From Lytechinus pictus (lineage: Eukaryota): DNA of 64,000 nt. The notes beneath the pieces were generated by a model. That model saw nothing but the letters and a program-made list of their open reading frames with translations. It did no database searches and was not told where the DNA came from. The translations under genes were made by a program, and so were the position numbers. The DNA lies in contig NC_087256.1 of the NCBI RefSeq assembly GCF_037042905.1, positions 9,982,001 to 10,046,000 of the forward strand, read 5' to 3'. Position 1 is the first letter of the stretch, and every line of letters begins with the position of its first letter. Positions 12,401 through 24,550 of the stretch are shown here, in pieces.

Positions 12401-12498
12401 CAGAGCTATGTGAAGAATGCCTTGAGAAACTGGGAGGGGCAGGAGAAGCTTCCCCTATACTTGACATTGACAGTCTCCTCTTGGGAGTACCACCCATG
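12401..12498 (-). CDS. cdc25: Cdc25 exon (CMGGTPKRRLSMSSIGEASPAPPSFSRHSSHSS)
   Basis: ttttgtag| acceptor, G|gtaagt donor, 98 nt phase 2-1; GGTPKR matches CDC25C GGTPKR. Confidence 0.88.
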
Positions 12499-12691
12499 CT
12501 ACAAAAAAGACAGACAAAGATATCTATGGTGAATTTCTCTCACCTATATGCTACACTTTCGGGGTGTTGCAAGAAAATATTAGCAATTACATGTAATTGC
12601 ATATATCTGTTGGAAAATTACAATTGATACACCTATTGCAAATGAGGGGAATTGAGTTTTACTTCTTGTTGCAAGAAACAAACTGGCAATC

Positions 12692-12851
12692 CGGGGAGTG
12701 TTTCATCAACATTTTCATCCGACAAGTTGTCAGATCTGGCATCTTTCTCTGATGTTGATTGGCTGAGAGGTACTGTTACTATGATAACTGTCGGATAAAA
12801 TGGGACTTGTCAGATAAAACGTCCGACAAGTCCTTTCATGAAACGCTCCCC
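12692..12851. mobile_element. Small MITE
   Basis: GGGGAGTGTTTCAT ... ATGAAACGCTCCCC inverted ends. Confidence 0.75.
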
Positions 12852-13011
12852 AGGTGGGAGGATGCAATTACATGTGAGATTTATGATTGATTAGGGAACC
12901 AAAAACCGACTTGCGATTGATTGCAAGAGTCTAGCAATGCCACATTAGATTGTTACTCCTATCTACACACAATTCAAATTTTAAAACAAGATCAATCAAA
13001 TAAACACTGCT

Positions 13012-13144
13012 GGGGCCTGTAACAAAAAGCTTAGTAGTCACCGTAGAACTTTTTTTTTAACGATTGATTGCACTGACTTAAATGTGCAATTAACCATGAA
13101 AATCAAGCGTACGCGTAATCGCTAACCTTAGTGCTACGGGACCC
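13012..13144. mobile_element. Small MITE (family also at 55185-55331)
   Basis: GGGGCCTGTAAC...AGCTTAG / CTAACCT...GCTACGGGACCC ends; internal CGATTGATTGCA shared with the 55-kb copy in opposite orientation. Confidence 0.7.
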
Positions 13145-13277
13145 AGGTCTTTGAAATTTGGGTGCCCATCCAAGAAACTGAACTGTAGTGAAAAAAATAT
13201 AGAACTAGGACGACATTGCCCTAAAATAGGTTTAGAGGAGTATTAATGAATAAACTTGTGAGTGATCTGTTTCTTAC

Positions 13278-13402
13278 CATGAGAGTGTGACCATTGACAT
13301 TGATAATGCCGTGATCGGACTGGCCTGGGTCTGGGAGAAGCATGGTGAGAATATGTTGTCGCTGCTTAGTGGTAACGTTAGCTTCTTTTTGTTGCGTTCC
13401 AT
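13278..13402 (-). CDS. cdc25: Cdc25 phosphatase, first coding exon (MERNKKKLTLPLSSDNIFSPCFSQTQASPITALSMSMVTLS)
   Basis: ATG at 13402 in accATGG context; SPITALSMSM resembles CDC25A/B SPVT(N/T)LTxTM; donor TG|gtaaga; acceptor ttcttctattag| at 13550 gives exon 13278-13549 including 5' UTR. Confidence 0.85.
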
Positions 13403-13804
13403 GGTATCACACTCGTCCAAATAATCCAGCTTGATTCAGGGAAGACTTTAACAGAACTCTAAAGCAGTTTGACTTCGACTTGAACGAGGAAACTGATCAA
13501 GGCAAACAAATGGGAAACTCCTTCAAAGTTGTATTTAAAAAAATCGTATCTAATAGAAGAAAGAGAGAAAATAGTGAAAGTGCAGTAATTCAAAATGGAG
13601 GCATTACTCAGTCATGATAAGCATACTCAACTTGGCATACTACATTACTATTATCATTGTACCACATTTGTTGGGATTCCTTTCAAATTTCAAGAATTCT
13701 GTGATCTCCCTACTATTAAAGTGTTTGAAAGATATGTATACCGGTAATTGGACTGGACGTAGACCATAGAACTAGCTCAATTTTTCAGAAAGTATAACTC
13801 TTAA

Positions 13805-14189
13805 AGCTAAATGAAAGTAGTTGCAGTAAAACACTGATTTCATGAGAAAGTCTGTAAAACCAAGGTTAAGTATTACTATATCATCGTGGATCTAGATCTG
13901 GTAGTTACATACACTGAACTTTGTGTAATCATAACATCTAAGCTAAAAAAAAACATCACACTGAACATCGCCAACACAGATACGCACACGTGGGACAGTG
14001 TATATTATTATTGCTGGAATAAAGACCCGACGGAAGTGCCCAAATCCACGCTTATTTCTCAGCAATTACACAATTTCTTCCAGAATCCTTTGGCACATAT
14101 TTTTTTATTTATACAGACACTTGGGTGGTCATTATGTTGGATTCTGTAACAAGTCATTTTGAGATCGTTACTACAACTGGCATTTATCT
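13805..14189. mobile_element. TTAA-flanked MITE (Kolobok-like)
   Basis: TTAA|AGCTAAATG..AGTTG ... CAACTGGCATTTATCT|TTAA. Confidence 0.7.
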
Positions 14190-15324
14190 TTAATCATAGT
14201 GATGCAGATTTCAGTTTGCTTTTCGCCTCCCATGCCAGGCACTGCCACAAGTGACGCCAAACAAATCATATCAATGTATGGTAAGGTCCCCCAAATCTGC
14301 ACATTGCCCTTGTCTGCACATACCTGTATCTGCGCGATTCTAATAAAACTTTAAAGACACACAGCGACCACAAACTTTACACCTGCAATTACATAGACAG
14401 ACATTCATTAAAAAATCTGACTCGAAATAGTGGGAAAATGTTGAATTTGAGGCATTTCATGTGTCCATTTACACAGCCTTTCTCATCAATCATGTGTTAG
14501 GTGAATGGGTGCACAGACGTTGGGCACCATTTCTTTGTTCGATCTGAAAATGACTGGCCAGGGTTTTATTTCCAAGTCAAGAAAATCATACCTTGCTCTA
14601 AAATTTTGATGAGATTTTTGGCAAACTTAGATCTAAATTTACTCATAAAGATATATAAGGAACATTGTCATTATCAACTTAAATTTTTGTGGAATAAAAT
14701 AAATAGAAATTAATGTTTTTCTTAAGTTAGATCTAGATCTGACGCACACGTCCGTATTAATGTTGGGGAAGAAGAATAGGAAACAAGATGGCGGCGTAAA
14801 CATCGGGCGAGTCTCTCCCATCTTTTCATAACATTTTTCTCATTATTTTGATGAATTCCTGTTTAAAAATGAAATCGATAGCGTAGAAATGTTGGAAATA
14901 AAGTTGTATCCCATTTACAGGATTTAGGGCTAGACCTAGATCTTTTACTAGACTAGTTTTAGAAGGAAAGTAGAAATCTCTGGGGCGAAAGTTTGAGGTT
15001 TTTGGCGGTATAGACTTAGTGAGACCACCACATATCGACAACCACTTTTGAAACCGACCACATTGCGCGCATTAAAATTATTGCGTATTACAAACGATAC
15101 GCGCAGGAGAGTAGGCGCAGTGTCCATAGGAACGGTAAGAATTGATTTTACGAGAGAAAAAGAAGGGAAAAAGGTAAAAAATTTAGTAGAATTTATCAAA
15201 ATTGTTTTGACTAGACCCGAACCCGCCCCGTTTCGATCATTTAGCATGCTGACTTCAAAGAACTGATTTTGGAAGAGTCAAAATATTTCGCCACCGCGAC
15301 AAGAATCGGCCGTAAACTTAGTTA

Positions 15325-15960
15325 GTATGGTTGGAAGTACCCCTTATCGACCACCTAATCTTCTAAGCATCGTATCTGCGAAAATATTCATCAATTTTAC
15401 CCAGTTTTCGTCTCATTTGTGCAGAAAATTGAGCAGATCAGATTCCGATGTTTCGCTCGGCGACTCCGATTTAATCCGCGTATATATCGACGATCAACGA
15501 ATGCGACGATTTTCCATTTGCTCATTTGCACCCGTCTTTTGAAACCGACCACCCGCGGTACACTAAGTTTACGGCCGATTCTTGTCGCGGTGGCGAAATG
15601 TTTTTACTCTTTCAAATCAGTTCTATGACGTCAACATGCTAAATGATCGTCTCACTACTTCCAGTGCGAGCTCCGGCTCATGATTCGACGATTGACGACG
15701 GGTATTTGTTCTAAAGCCGTTTCCTATCGGATTTCTTGGTTTTTCAGCGGGGTTTGGGTTTGGTCAATACAATTTTGATTAATTCTACTAAATTTTTACT
15801 TTTTGTTGCTTCTTTTTTTCTCGTAAAATCGATACGTACCGTTTCTATGGACACTGCGCCTACTCTCCCGCGCGTATCGTTTGTGATACGCAATAATTTT
15901 AACGCGCGCAAGGTGGTCGGTTTCAAAAGAGGTGGTCGATATGTGGTAGTCTCACCATAC
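15325..15960. mobile_element. TTA-flanked MITE (Harbinger-like) nested in an inverted copy of its own family (outer copy ~15019-15320 and 15961-16198)
   Basis: TTA|GTATGGTTGGAAGTACCCCTTATCGACCACC ... GGTGGTCGATATGTGGTAGTCTCACCATAC|TTA; the flanks are the reverse complement of the two halves of the inner copy. Confidence 0.75.
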
Positions 15961-16198
15961 TTAGTGTATCGCGGGTGGTCGGTTTCAAAAGGAGGGTGCA
16001 AATGAGCAAATGTAAAACCGTCGTATTCGTTGTTCACCGATATATACCCCAATTGAATCAGAGTCGCCGATCGAAACATATGAATCTGATCTGCTCAATT
16101 TTCTGCACAAATGAGACGAAAACTAGGTAAAACTGATGAATATTTTCGCAGATATGATGCTTTGAAAATTAGGTGGTCGATAAGGGGTAGTTCCAACC

Positions 16199-17107
16199 TA
16201 GACCAAAAGCTTCGGTCTCTGTTATGTTGGTTGTTCAGCTCAGCTGAACTCCGTTGGCTTCACTCACCAAATACAGAGACCGAAGTTCTAGCGCGATCTG
16301 TACAGGGGACTCAATGGCAATATGTTTATGTACTTAAGATCGGATAAAACGGGGAAGTGAATTTGCGTGACAGCCGAGGTATGTCACTGTTTTTGTTCCT
16401 TTTAACTTGATTTTTCTCCGTTTTTTTGCAATAAATGCCAAGAGGGAATATTAATTTGCATTTTGGTCACGTTAATTTTCAAAATTTTTATTCATTAAAG
16501 ACAATAATTGAAGAGCCCCGACGGGGGGATTTTGCATTGCAAGTCCCCTAATGGTGGCTGCACGCTAGCGAGCCGTCTGTGTTCGAGGAGAAATTAAAAA
16601 AAAAAAAAAAAAGTTAAAAAACTCCTCGAAACAGACGGCTGCCAGCTGTCTAGTTCCAACCTAGACCAAAAGCTTCGGTCTCTGTTATGTTGGTTGTTCA
16701 GCTGAACTCCGTGGCTTCACTCACCAAATACAGAGACCGAAGTTCTAGCGCGATCTGTACAGGGGACTCAATGGCAATATGTTTATGTACTTAAGATCGG
16801 ATAAAACGGGGAAGGGAATTTGCGCGACAGCCGAGGTAAGTCACTGTTTTTGTTCCTTTTAACTTGATTTTTCTCAGTTTTTTTGCAATTAATGCCAAGA
16901 GGGAATATTAATTTGCATTTTGGTCGCGTTAATTTTCAAAAATTTTATTCATTAAAGACAAAAATTGAAGAGCCCCGACGGGGGGATTTTGCATTGCAAG
17001 TCCCCTAATGGTGGCTGCATGCTAGCGAGCCGTCTGTGTACGAGGAGAAAAAAAAAAAAAAAAAAAAGTTAAAAAACTCCTCGAAACAGACGGCTGCCAG
17101 CTGTCTA
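16199..17107. mobile_element. Two tandem copies (16199-16652, 16662-17107) of a ~450-bp element with TAGAC...GTCTA ends
   Basis: GTTCCAACC occurs before, between and after the copies (16190, 16653, 17108); each copy has a hairpin near each end. Confidence 0.75.
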
Positions 17108-17499
17108 GTTCCAACCATGACCCGGTAGTCTGTAGATGAATGCAATAGAATCCCTGGCTTCGTGGAGAGTAAGCATACGTTACTAAATGATTTGTACTCT
17201 CTACGTTAGAAGAAGCCTCCTGGGACCTGGTTAATTATGGATGGGAGTGCTGTGACTCGTGAGTGACCTGTGTTTGATTTGTGATCAGTGACACTGACAG
17301 TGTTACCTAACTAACATTCAATTAATATGCCTAACAGTAACATTAATAACTGATTTATAAGTCCTAACGTTAGATAGACTATTTACATTTGATTATGACT
17401 GAGTGCCCAATAAAAACAGATGGAACAAATTTCGATCTTTGTCTAAACTTGAGTTAACATAGACCAACGATCTAACGTTACCGCCGTTTTCGAACTTAC

Positions 17500-17810
17500 T
17501 GAAGTTAAGCTTGGATTGTTGAGGAACGTCTGCCAGTACGGTACAGTTGCTGGCGCCTTCTTCGTTCAGAATTCAGTTACTGCATGCCATGGCCACACGT
17601 CACGGTACAGCCAGCTAACAAAAAAACAAAGTAAGGCCTTGTCTTGACTCTAAAACTGACTTTAAAGTAACAGAATTACTAGCAAGAAAACCAAACCATG
17701 CCTTCGTTATACAGCAACACCAGTGACTGTAGTCTGTACTTTCACAAGACCTACAACTACCTCAAAATCAATAAATTAGTTGTCCTTTTGTGTATCACAG
17801 AGCTCTCTGC
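17500..17810 (-). other. cdc25: Candidate non-coding first exon of cdc25
   Basis: Donor CA|gtaagt at 17494-17499 just downstream of a promoter-like stretch; exon 13278-13549 has an acceptor, so an upstream exon is required. 5' boundary is a guess. Confidence 0.45.
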
Positions 17811-17814
17811 ACAC

Positions 17815-17970
17815 ACGGAAGTGAATTGCCGCCGAGCGTTTGAATGAAAACACAAGCGCGAGCTAGCGCTCCAGCTAGCTAGCTAGCTGGGTTCAGGGTG
17901 GGTCATGTGACAAAACAAAGGCCTGACAACACATTTTTTAGGAGGATCGCGGGCCGGGAAATTCAAAAAT
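17815..17970. promoter_or_regulatory. Candidate cdc25 promoter with ETS, CHR and CDE/E2F-CHR motifs
   Basis: CGGAAGT 17816-17822; GCCGCCGAGCG-TTTGAA (TTTGAA 17839-17844); GCGGGCCGGGAAA-TTCAAA (17949-17967); CpG-rich unique sequence between repeats. Confidence 0.55.
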
Positions 17971-18329
17971 CATAATCCTGAAAGTGAAAGCTTATAAAAG
18001 TTCGATTTTGGTTCCTTATAAATTCTTCTAAGAATTCAAGGTATACTTTTGGTCTCTTTGTCATCAACAATCAGACGTATAGGACCTAACGAAATTTAAG
18101 ATGATGAATGTGGCACTATTCCCGACTTTCGAATCATAAGAAATTGCTGCAGGTGATGGTTTCAATATATGCTAGGCCTATATTCCAGTCAGTCAATTTT
18201 GTTATTTGAGTAATTGGGAAGTAATTATTATTGTTGTTATCATTATTATTATATTATAATTATTATCATTATTATGATTTTATTAACTTGGGGGTAAAAT
18301 TTAACTATATAATGGTACCTTTGAACATG

Positions 18330-19310
18330 GACCCCGACATGGACCTGCTACTCTGACTCAGAGTAGTAGGTCCATGCTTTGAAAAATCAATTTCAAAGCA
18401 AGTCACAAAGGCGAGAGGAGCATTATTTTGTATGCTAGCTATTAAAGCCAATTGAAAAATGCAATTCAGTGTCATTAAAAGTTGACCATCTAATTTTACC
18501 AATAATCCTGGTGTATAGGAGCGAAATCTGGGGTTATGAAGACATAAGTCTGATTGTGGTGTTACACAGAAAGTTCCGTATTTTAGAACAATATTATTTG
18601 TAAGTGCACATCTGATTGCATGGTCTATCGGGAGACAGGACGGGGGTTGGTTGTAGCATGGTAAGGTCCATGATTGTAGATCGAGTCATTGGCTTCTGGT
18701 TGAGAATTTTAAAAGGACAAGAGAACAAATAACGTGTGCTATATTGAAAGTTATGTTTAGGTTGCATAAAGACGAGCTTACGGTAACTGTAGCTTGGCTG
18801 AAATGAAAATACGTTAAATCAATCTGGCCTATCAAATATGGCTTGATCAATGTAATGGTTACAGTGTAAGGATTAATTGTCATGCATGAATATGGTCAAA
18901 TTGAGGTGATAAGATATCGGCCTATTTTTTGTCAGGACTGGAATGCAGCTGTGTGGTCGAATCGTATTTGCAAAAATGACAGGTTATTTAAAAGTAACCA
19001 TGAATATGAAAATCATTTACAGTGCTTAAACAAGAAAGACGCTATTACACTTTCTAAATTCAGATGTAGATGATCACATGCACTACAGTTACCAAAGGCC
19101 GTTTTGGTGCTCTCATCCCCCATTCTGAAATGCAATGTACACTTTGCCTTTCTTCTGACTTAGGAGACGAATATAATTGTCCCTTTTTTCATAAAGAGAG
19201 GTCTATTGTTAACACATAGTATACGCCGTGAATTGAAGTTCCCAAGTGTATTGGTTATGGAAAAGCTTTTTAATACTAAAAAGTGGGCGTCCTTAAAAAA
19301 TAGCTAAATT
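18330..19310 (+). pseudogene. Highly degraded non-LTR retrotransposon 3' remnant
   Basis: Broken frames give YGAKSGV, MVYRETGR, LSKFRCR*SH...KGRF, CTLC...DLGDEY, typical of a LINE ORF2 C-terminus. Confidence 0.5.
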
Positions 19311-19391
19311 TGTTCACCTCATTATGTTAGAATTTTGTCACAAAGCAAAGAAAGAAGAATGCATTCTTAATCAATGTATAGTACTTCTATT

Positions 19392-20749
19392 CAGTGGCGT
19401 AACTAGGGGGGCATGGGGGGCACGTACGTTCCCCCCCCCAATCGGCTGGCAAAAAAAAACCGGGAAAAGGAGAAAAAAAGGGAGAAAGGAAAAGAATATA
19501 TTATTGTTCATTATAATGTTATATTATATCATAATTATGTTATACTGTATATTACTAAATAAACTTTTTTTTTCATAACATTATGAAACATAATTGCTCA
19601 GGGCCTATGTCTTCATTGTTCCTGGTGCTCGCATTGTCTGTTTAACTAGATATAATAGATCAAATATTTTTTTTTCGGAACACTATAGTTTTCAAGTATA
19701 TTTGAGAGACCTGACGTCAAATCGAATCAATATACACCAAATATATTTCCTCGCACTTTCGAGTTATTATTGTTTTATGAAGTGACGTATGCTTCATTTT
19801 CATGACTACTTATGATTGCCCAATTTTAAGGTCTTAACATAGAACATTTTCTGTCCGTGCTTACCTTCGCATTAGTGGATTGGTGAGATACGTCTGCTCT
19901 TCATGAATTCCTAACTAAAATCAGTCCTTAAAATGACCCTTTTTCTGACCTGAATATAAAAGATTTTCAGCTCGCGCTTCGCGCACGCATCATTTGGTTC
20001 GTGAAATACGTATGGTCTTGGTGAATTCCTACAAACAAGCATTAGAATGCCCCTATTCAGATCTGAATCTCCTAAGTTTTCAGCTCGCGCTTTGCGCTCG
20101 CAATATTTGATTAGTGAGATGCGTATGATAATCATGATTTCAATGACTACCGAACAGAGCTTCATGACTTGTGTTAATAGATGCAATTCTAAAAAATCAA
20201 CAAGCGCTTGGCACTCGCATTAGATGACTATGGTGAGATATGTATACTCTTACTGGATTCCTTAAAAAATAGTCCTTAAAATATACCTTGTTTGGAGTCA
20301 ATTTATACAAGAATTTCAGCTCGCGCTTCGCGCTCGCATAATTTGATTAGTGAAATACGTATGGTATTCGTGAATTCCTACAAACAAGCCTTAAAATGCC
20401 CCTCTTCAGGTCTGAATTTCCTAAATTTTCAGCTCGCGCTTCGCACTCGCAATATTTGATAAGTGAGATGCGTATGTTAATCATGATTACAATGACTACA
20501 AGTGTGTTTATATAGATGTAATTCTAAAAAAATCAGCAAGCGCTTGGCACTCATATAAGATGACTATGGTGAGATATGTATATTCTTTATTGATTCCTAA
20601 AATATACATATCCGTTTAATGGCACTGTCCTTAAAATGTCTCTATTAGGTCAGTATACCTGGCAACTGAGCGCGCTTCGCGCTTTCACTAAGTGTCTCAA
20701 AAAAGTTGCTGGTGCCTCCCCCCATGCCGTGACCCACGGTACGCCACTG
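19392..20749. mobile_element. Non-autonomous hAT element
   Basis: CAGTGGCGTA ... TACGCCACTG; 8-bp TSD CTTCTATT/CTTCTACT; internal tcagctcgcgcttcgcgctcgca repeats; second copy at 32147-33098. Confidence 0.88.
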
Positions 20750-21687
20750 CTTCTACTGCTAGTTCAGTTCGTACCCGAAGTGGTAGGTTAGTGAAACGAC
20801 CACTTCGTTTTCTTGTGTAAATAGATTGTATAATGTGTTATATTACATGTATGTTGATAACTGATACATATTTACGGATACATTAAAAAAAAAATTGTTA
20901 TATGTTGTTTATATGTTATGTTGTACTCTCATGCGTAGCTAGGATTTTTTTTCCGGGGGGGGGGGCACTGCATGGGTCCTTGCTTTTCCATGGTGGGGGC
21001 AACAATTTTTTCTGTGTTTGTATGTATCACAGGGGCGGATCCAGCTTTCGCCAATAGAGGGTGGAGCCCGAAATTATTTCCCCCGATCCGTCGTTCAAAG
21101 TTGATTTCTGTTTCTTTGAATGGGTAGTTCTCACAGTCACTTCTTAGCTATATTCTTATATAACAACATAAATATCAAATATTCTCAAAAGCCCTATATA
21201 AAAAGTGCCAGCGCGAAGCGGGATCTATTTTTTCCCCAACTTTTATGTATTTTGTCCTGAAAATTCAACATTCTGGGCAATGTTTGTGATCCTGAACAAG
21301 ATGCGTACCACGGGCGTAAATCCCGGGGGATGGGGATACAGCATTCCCCCCTCCACTTATCGGAGAGGGGGATGGCATGTACAATCATCCCCCACTTTTC
21401 AAGATAGAAAACATATTTATTTTAATCATCAAATGGTTAATACTACTCTTAATGTGTGGATTCATCTTTAAATGCAGTCATTTAAGTGCTAAAATTTGCC
21501 TAATTTTGCATTCTAAAAATGCAAAATTTGTCGCGTCAACCTAAAGAATTTGGCCGTGACAAATCCCTATACGTTTAGCTTATTGCACTGCATCATGGGA
21601 ATTTAGTTATAATAAGTCTATTTATGAATATGTGATTCCAATGACTTTCAATTTTTTTTATCATAGACGAATTAAAACATCCTTTAA

Positions 21688-22466
21688 AGGTTAAGTCCAC
21701 GTCAGAGAAATGTTGACTTGAATCAATAAAGAAAAATCAGACAAGCATATAATGCTGAAAATTTCGTCAAAATCGTATGTAAAATAAGAAAGTTATGACA
21801 TTTTAAATGTTCACTTATTTTTCACAAAATAGTTATATGCACAATTTATTCACATGCAAATGAGAGAATTGATGATGTCCCTCACTCATGGAGGTGCCGT
21901 GGCCGAGTGGTCTAAGGCGCCTGGCTATACATGGAAAGTCCGGGGTTCGATCCCCGGCTACGACACCTATGTTCTTTTATCCTGCATTCAAATAAAAGGA
22001 AATGCTTTACGCATTATTTGTAACTAGGTGTGCACTTGTTTAAAAAAAAAAAAAAAAAAAAAAAAACTCACTATTTCTTTTGTTTTTTATTGTTCGAACT
22101 ATACATTTTTTCAATTTTTGTAGACTTGACAATAAGGACCAACTTGACTGAACCATATAATGTTAAGCAATGGTAATTCAACATGTTCAGGTAGAAATAA
22201 AATTTTGTTTCACAGACAATGAGGAGAAAATTAGAATATTTCATATAATAAAATACAAAAGAAATAGTGAATGAGTGATGTCATCACTTCCCTCATTTGC
22301 ATACCGACTGGGATGTGCATATAACTGTTTTGTGAAATTAATCGAAACCTTAAAATGTAATAACTTTCTTATTTTACATCCGATTTCGATGAAATGTTCA
22401 ATGTTATGCTTGTTGGATTTTTCTCTTTTTATTCAAATCAAGTTTTTGTTGGGGTGGACTTGTCCT
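21688..22466. mobile_element. TTAA-flanked MITE (Kolobok-like) carrying a SINE insertion
   Basis: TTAA|AGGTTAAGTCCAC ... GTGGACTTGTCCT|TTAA; homologous to 7927-8520. Confidence 0.85.
21889..22065 (+). mobile_element. tRNA-derived SINE
   Basis: A box TGGCCGAGTGG, B box GGTTCGATCCC, ~25-nt pure poly(A) tail, ACTCA target duplication. Confidence 0.88.
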
Positions 22467-24550
22467 TTAAATACACTTTTGTGAATATGGGAGGGGGTCA
22501 TCTGGTATCTTTGTGGAAGCGGGGATTTTGTACTAAAAATATTTGGCCTACCGTATTCTTCAAAATATACGATGAGTTACTGATTACATTGATCAAATCA
22601 ATGTCGTTATTGAAACATTCATCTTTACCATTTTACCCATTTAAAGGGGACTTTGAATCACATTGATTAACACAACAATGTAATAAATATATCATAAATG
22701 AATTTCGCTCAAAATTTGGAATGTTGCATCATCTCCCAATATAATCTTAAAGATTAATTGAAATCTTTAATTTTCACATTCATCATTATGATATTTCCAG
22801 GTTTTTGGAAGTTTATATTGTGTCCTGTAATGTCCTATGATTGTTTCATGTGGCACCCTTATTCCCGATAATCATGATCCTATTTTTGTTTTCATTCTCA
22901 TCTCACTTTTGACCAGTGAGCAAATTGGTTTTCATTGAACAAAACTCGACTATTTAAATCCCTATTTGCTATTTTGATATATTTCTTATTCATATCGTTC
23001 TCATGTTTACGTTATTGATAATAGGGCCTATACCAATATCATCCTCTGTATATAATGCATATTAATTTAAACGACTGAAGCAACTTTTTTTAAGGCTCGC
23101 TAACTACGCTCACCGCCGCAATTTCTCCCATACTGATTACACTCCTTTGAAAGACGATTTGATAATCAAATTTTTGTTGGGGTGGACTTGTCCTTCAAAT
23201 ACACTTTTGTGACTATGGGAGGGGGTCATCTGGTATCTTTGTGGAAGAGGGGATTTTGTACGAAAAATATTTGGCCTATACCGTATTCTTCAAAATATAC
23301 GATGAGTTACTGATTACATTGATCAAATCAATGTCGTTATTGAAACATTCATCTTTACCATTTTACCCATTTATAGGGGACTTTGAATCACATTGATTAA
23401 CACAACAATGTAATGTTGCATCATTTCCCAATATAATCTTAAAGATTAATCGAAATCTTTAATTTTCACATTCATCATTGTGATATTTCCAGGTTTTTGG
23501 AAGTTTATATTGTGTCCTGTAATGTCCTATGATTGTTTCATGTGGCACCCTTATTCCCGATAATCATGATCCTATTTTTGTTTTCATTCTCATCTCACTT
23601 TTGACCAGTGAGCAAATTGGTTTTCATTGAACAAAACTCGACTATTTAAATCCCTATTTGCTATTTTGATATATTTCTTATTCATATCATTCTCATGTTT
23701 ACGTTATTGATAATAGGGCCTATACCAATATCATCCTCTGTATATAATGCATATTAATTTAAACGACTGAAGCAACTTTTTTTAAGGCTCGCTAACTACG
23801 CTCACCGCCGCAATTTCTCCCATACTGATTACACTCCTTTGAAAGACGATTTGATAATCAAATTTTTGTTGGGGTGGACTTGTCCTTCAAATACACTTTT
23901 GTGACTATGGGAGGGGGTCATCTGGTATCTTTGTGGAAGAGGGGATTTTGTACGAAAAATATTTGGCCTATACCGTATTCTTCAAAATATACGATGAGTT
24001 ACTGATTACATTGATCAAATCAATGTCGTTATTGAAACATTCATCTTTACCATTTTACCCATTTATAGGGGACTTTGAATCACATTGATTAACACAACAA
24101 TGTAATGTTGCATCATTTCCCAATATAATCTTAAAGATTAATCGAAATCTTTAATTTTCACATTCATCATTGTGATATTTCCAGGTTTTTGGAAGTTTAT
24201 ATTGTGTCCTGTAATGTCCTATGATTGTTTCATGTGGCACCCTTATTCCCGATAATCATGATCCTATTTTTGTTTTCATTCTCATCTCACTTTTGACCAG
24301 TGAGCAAATTAGTTTTCATTGAACAAAACTCGACTATTTGAATCCCTATTTGCTATTTTTATATATTTCTTATTCATATCGTTCTCATGTTTACGTTATT
24401 GATAATAGGGCCTATACCAATATCATCCTCTGTATCTAATGCATATTATTTTAAACGACTGAAGCAACTTTTTTAAGGCTCGCTAACTACGGTTACCGCC
24501 GCAATTTCTCCCATACTGATTACACTCCTTTGAAAGACGATTTGATAATC
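22435..24550. repeat. Tandem triplication, ~692-bp unit
   Basis: tttttgttggggtggacttgtcc at ~22443, 23171 and 23863; copy 1 has ~40 extra bases; copies 2 and 3 nearly identical. Confidence 0.95.
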
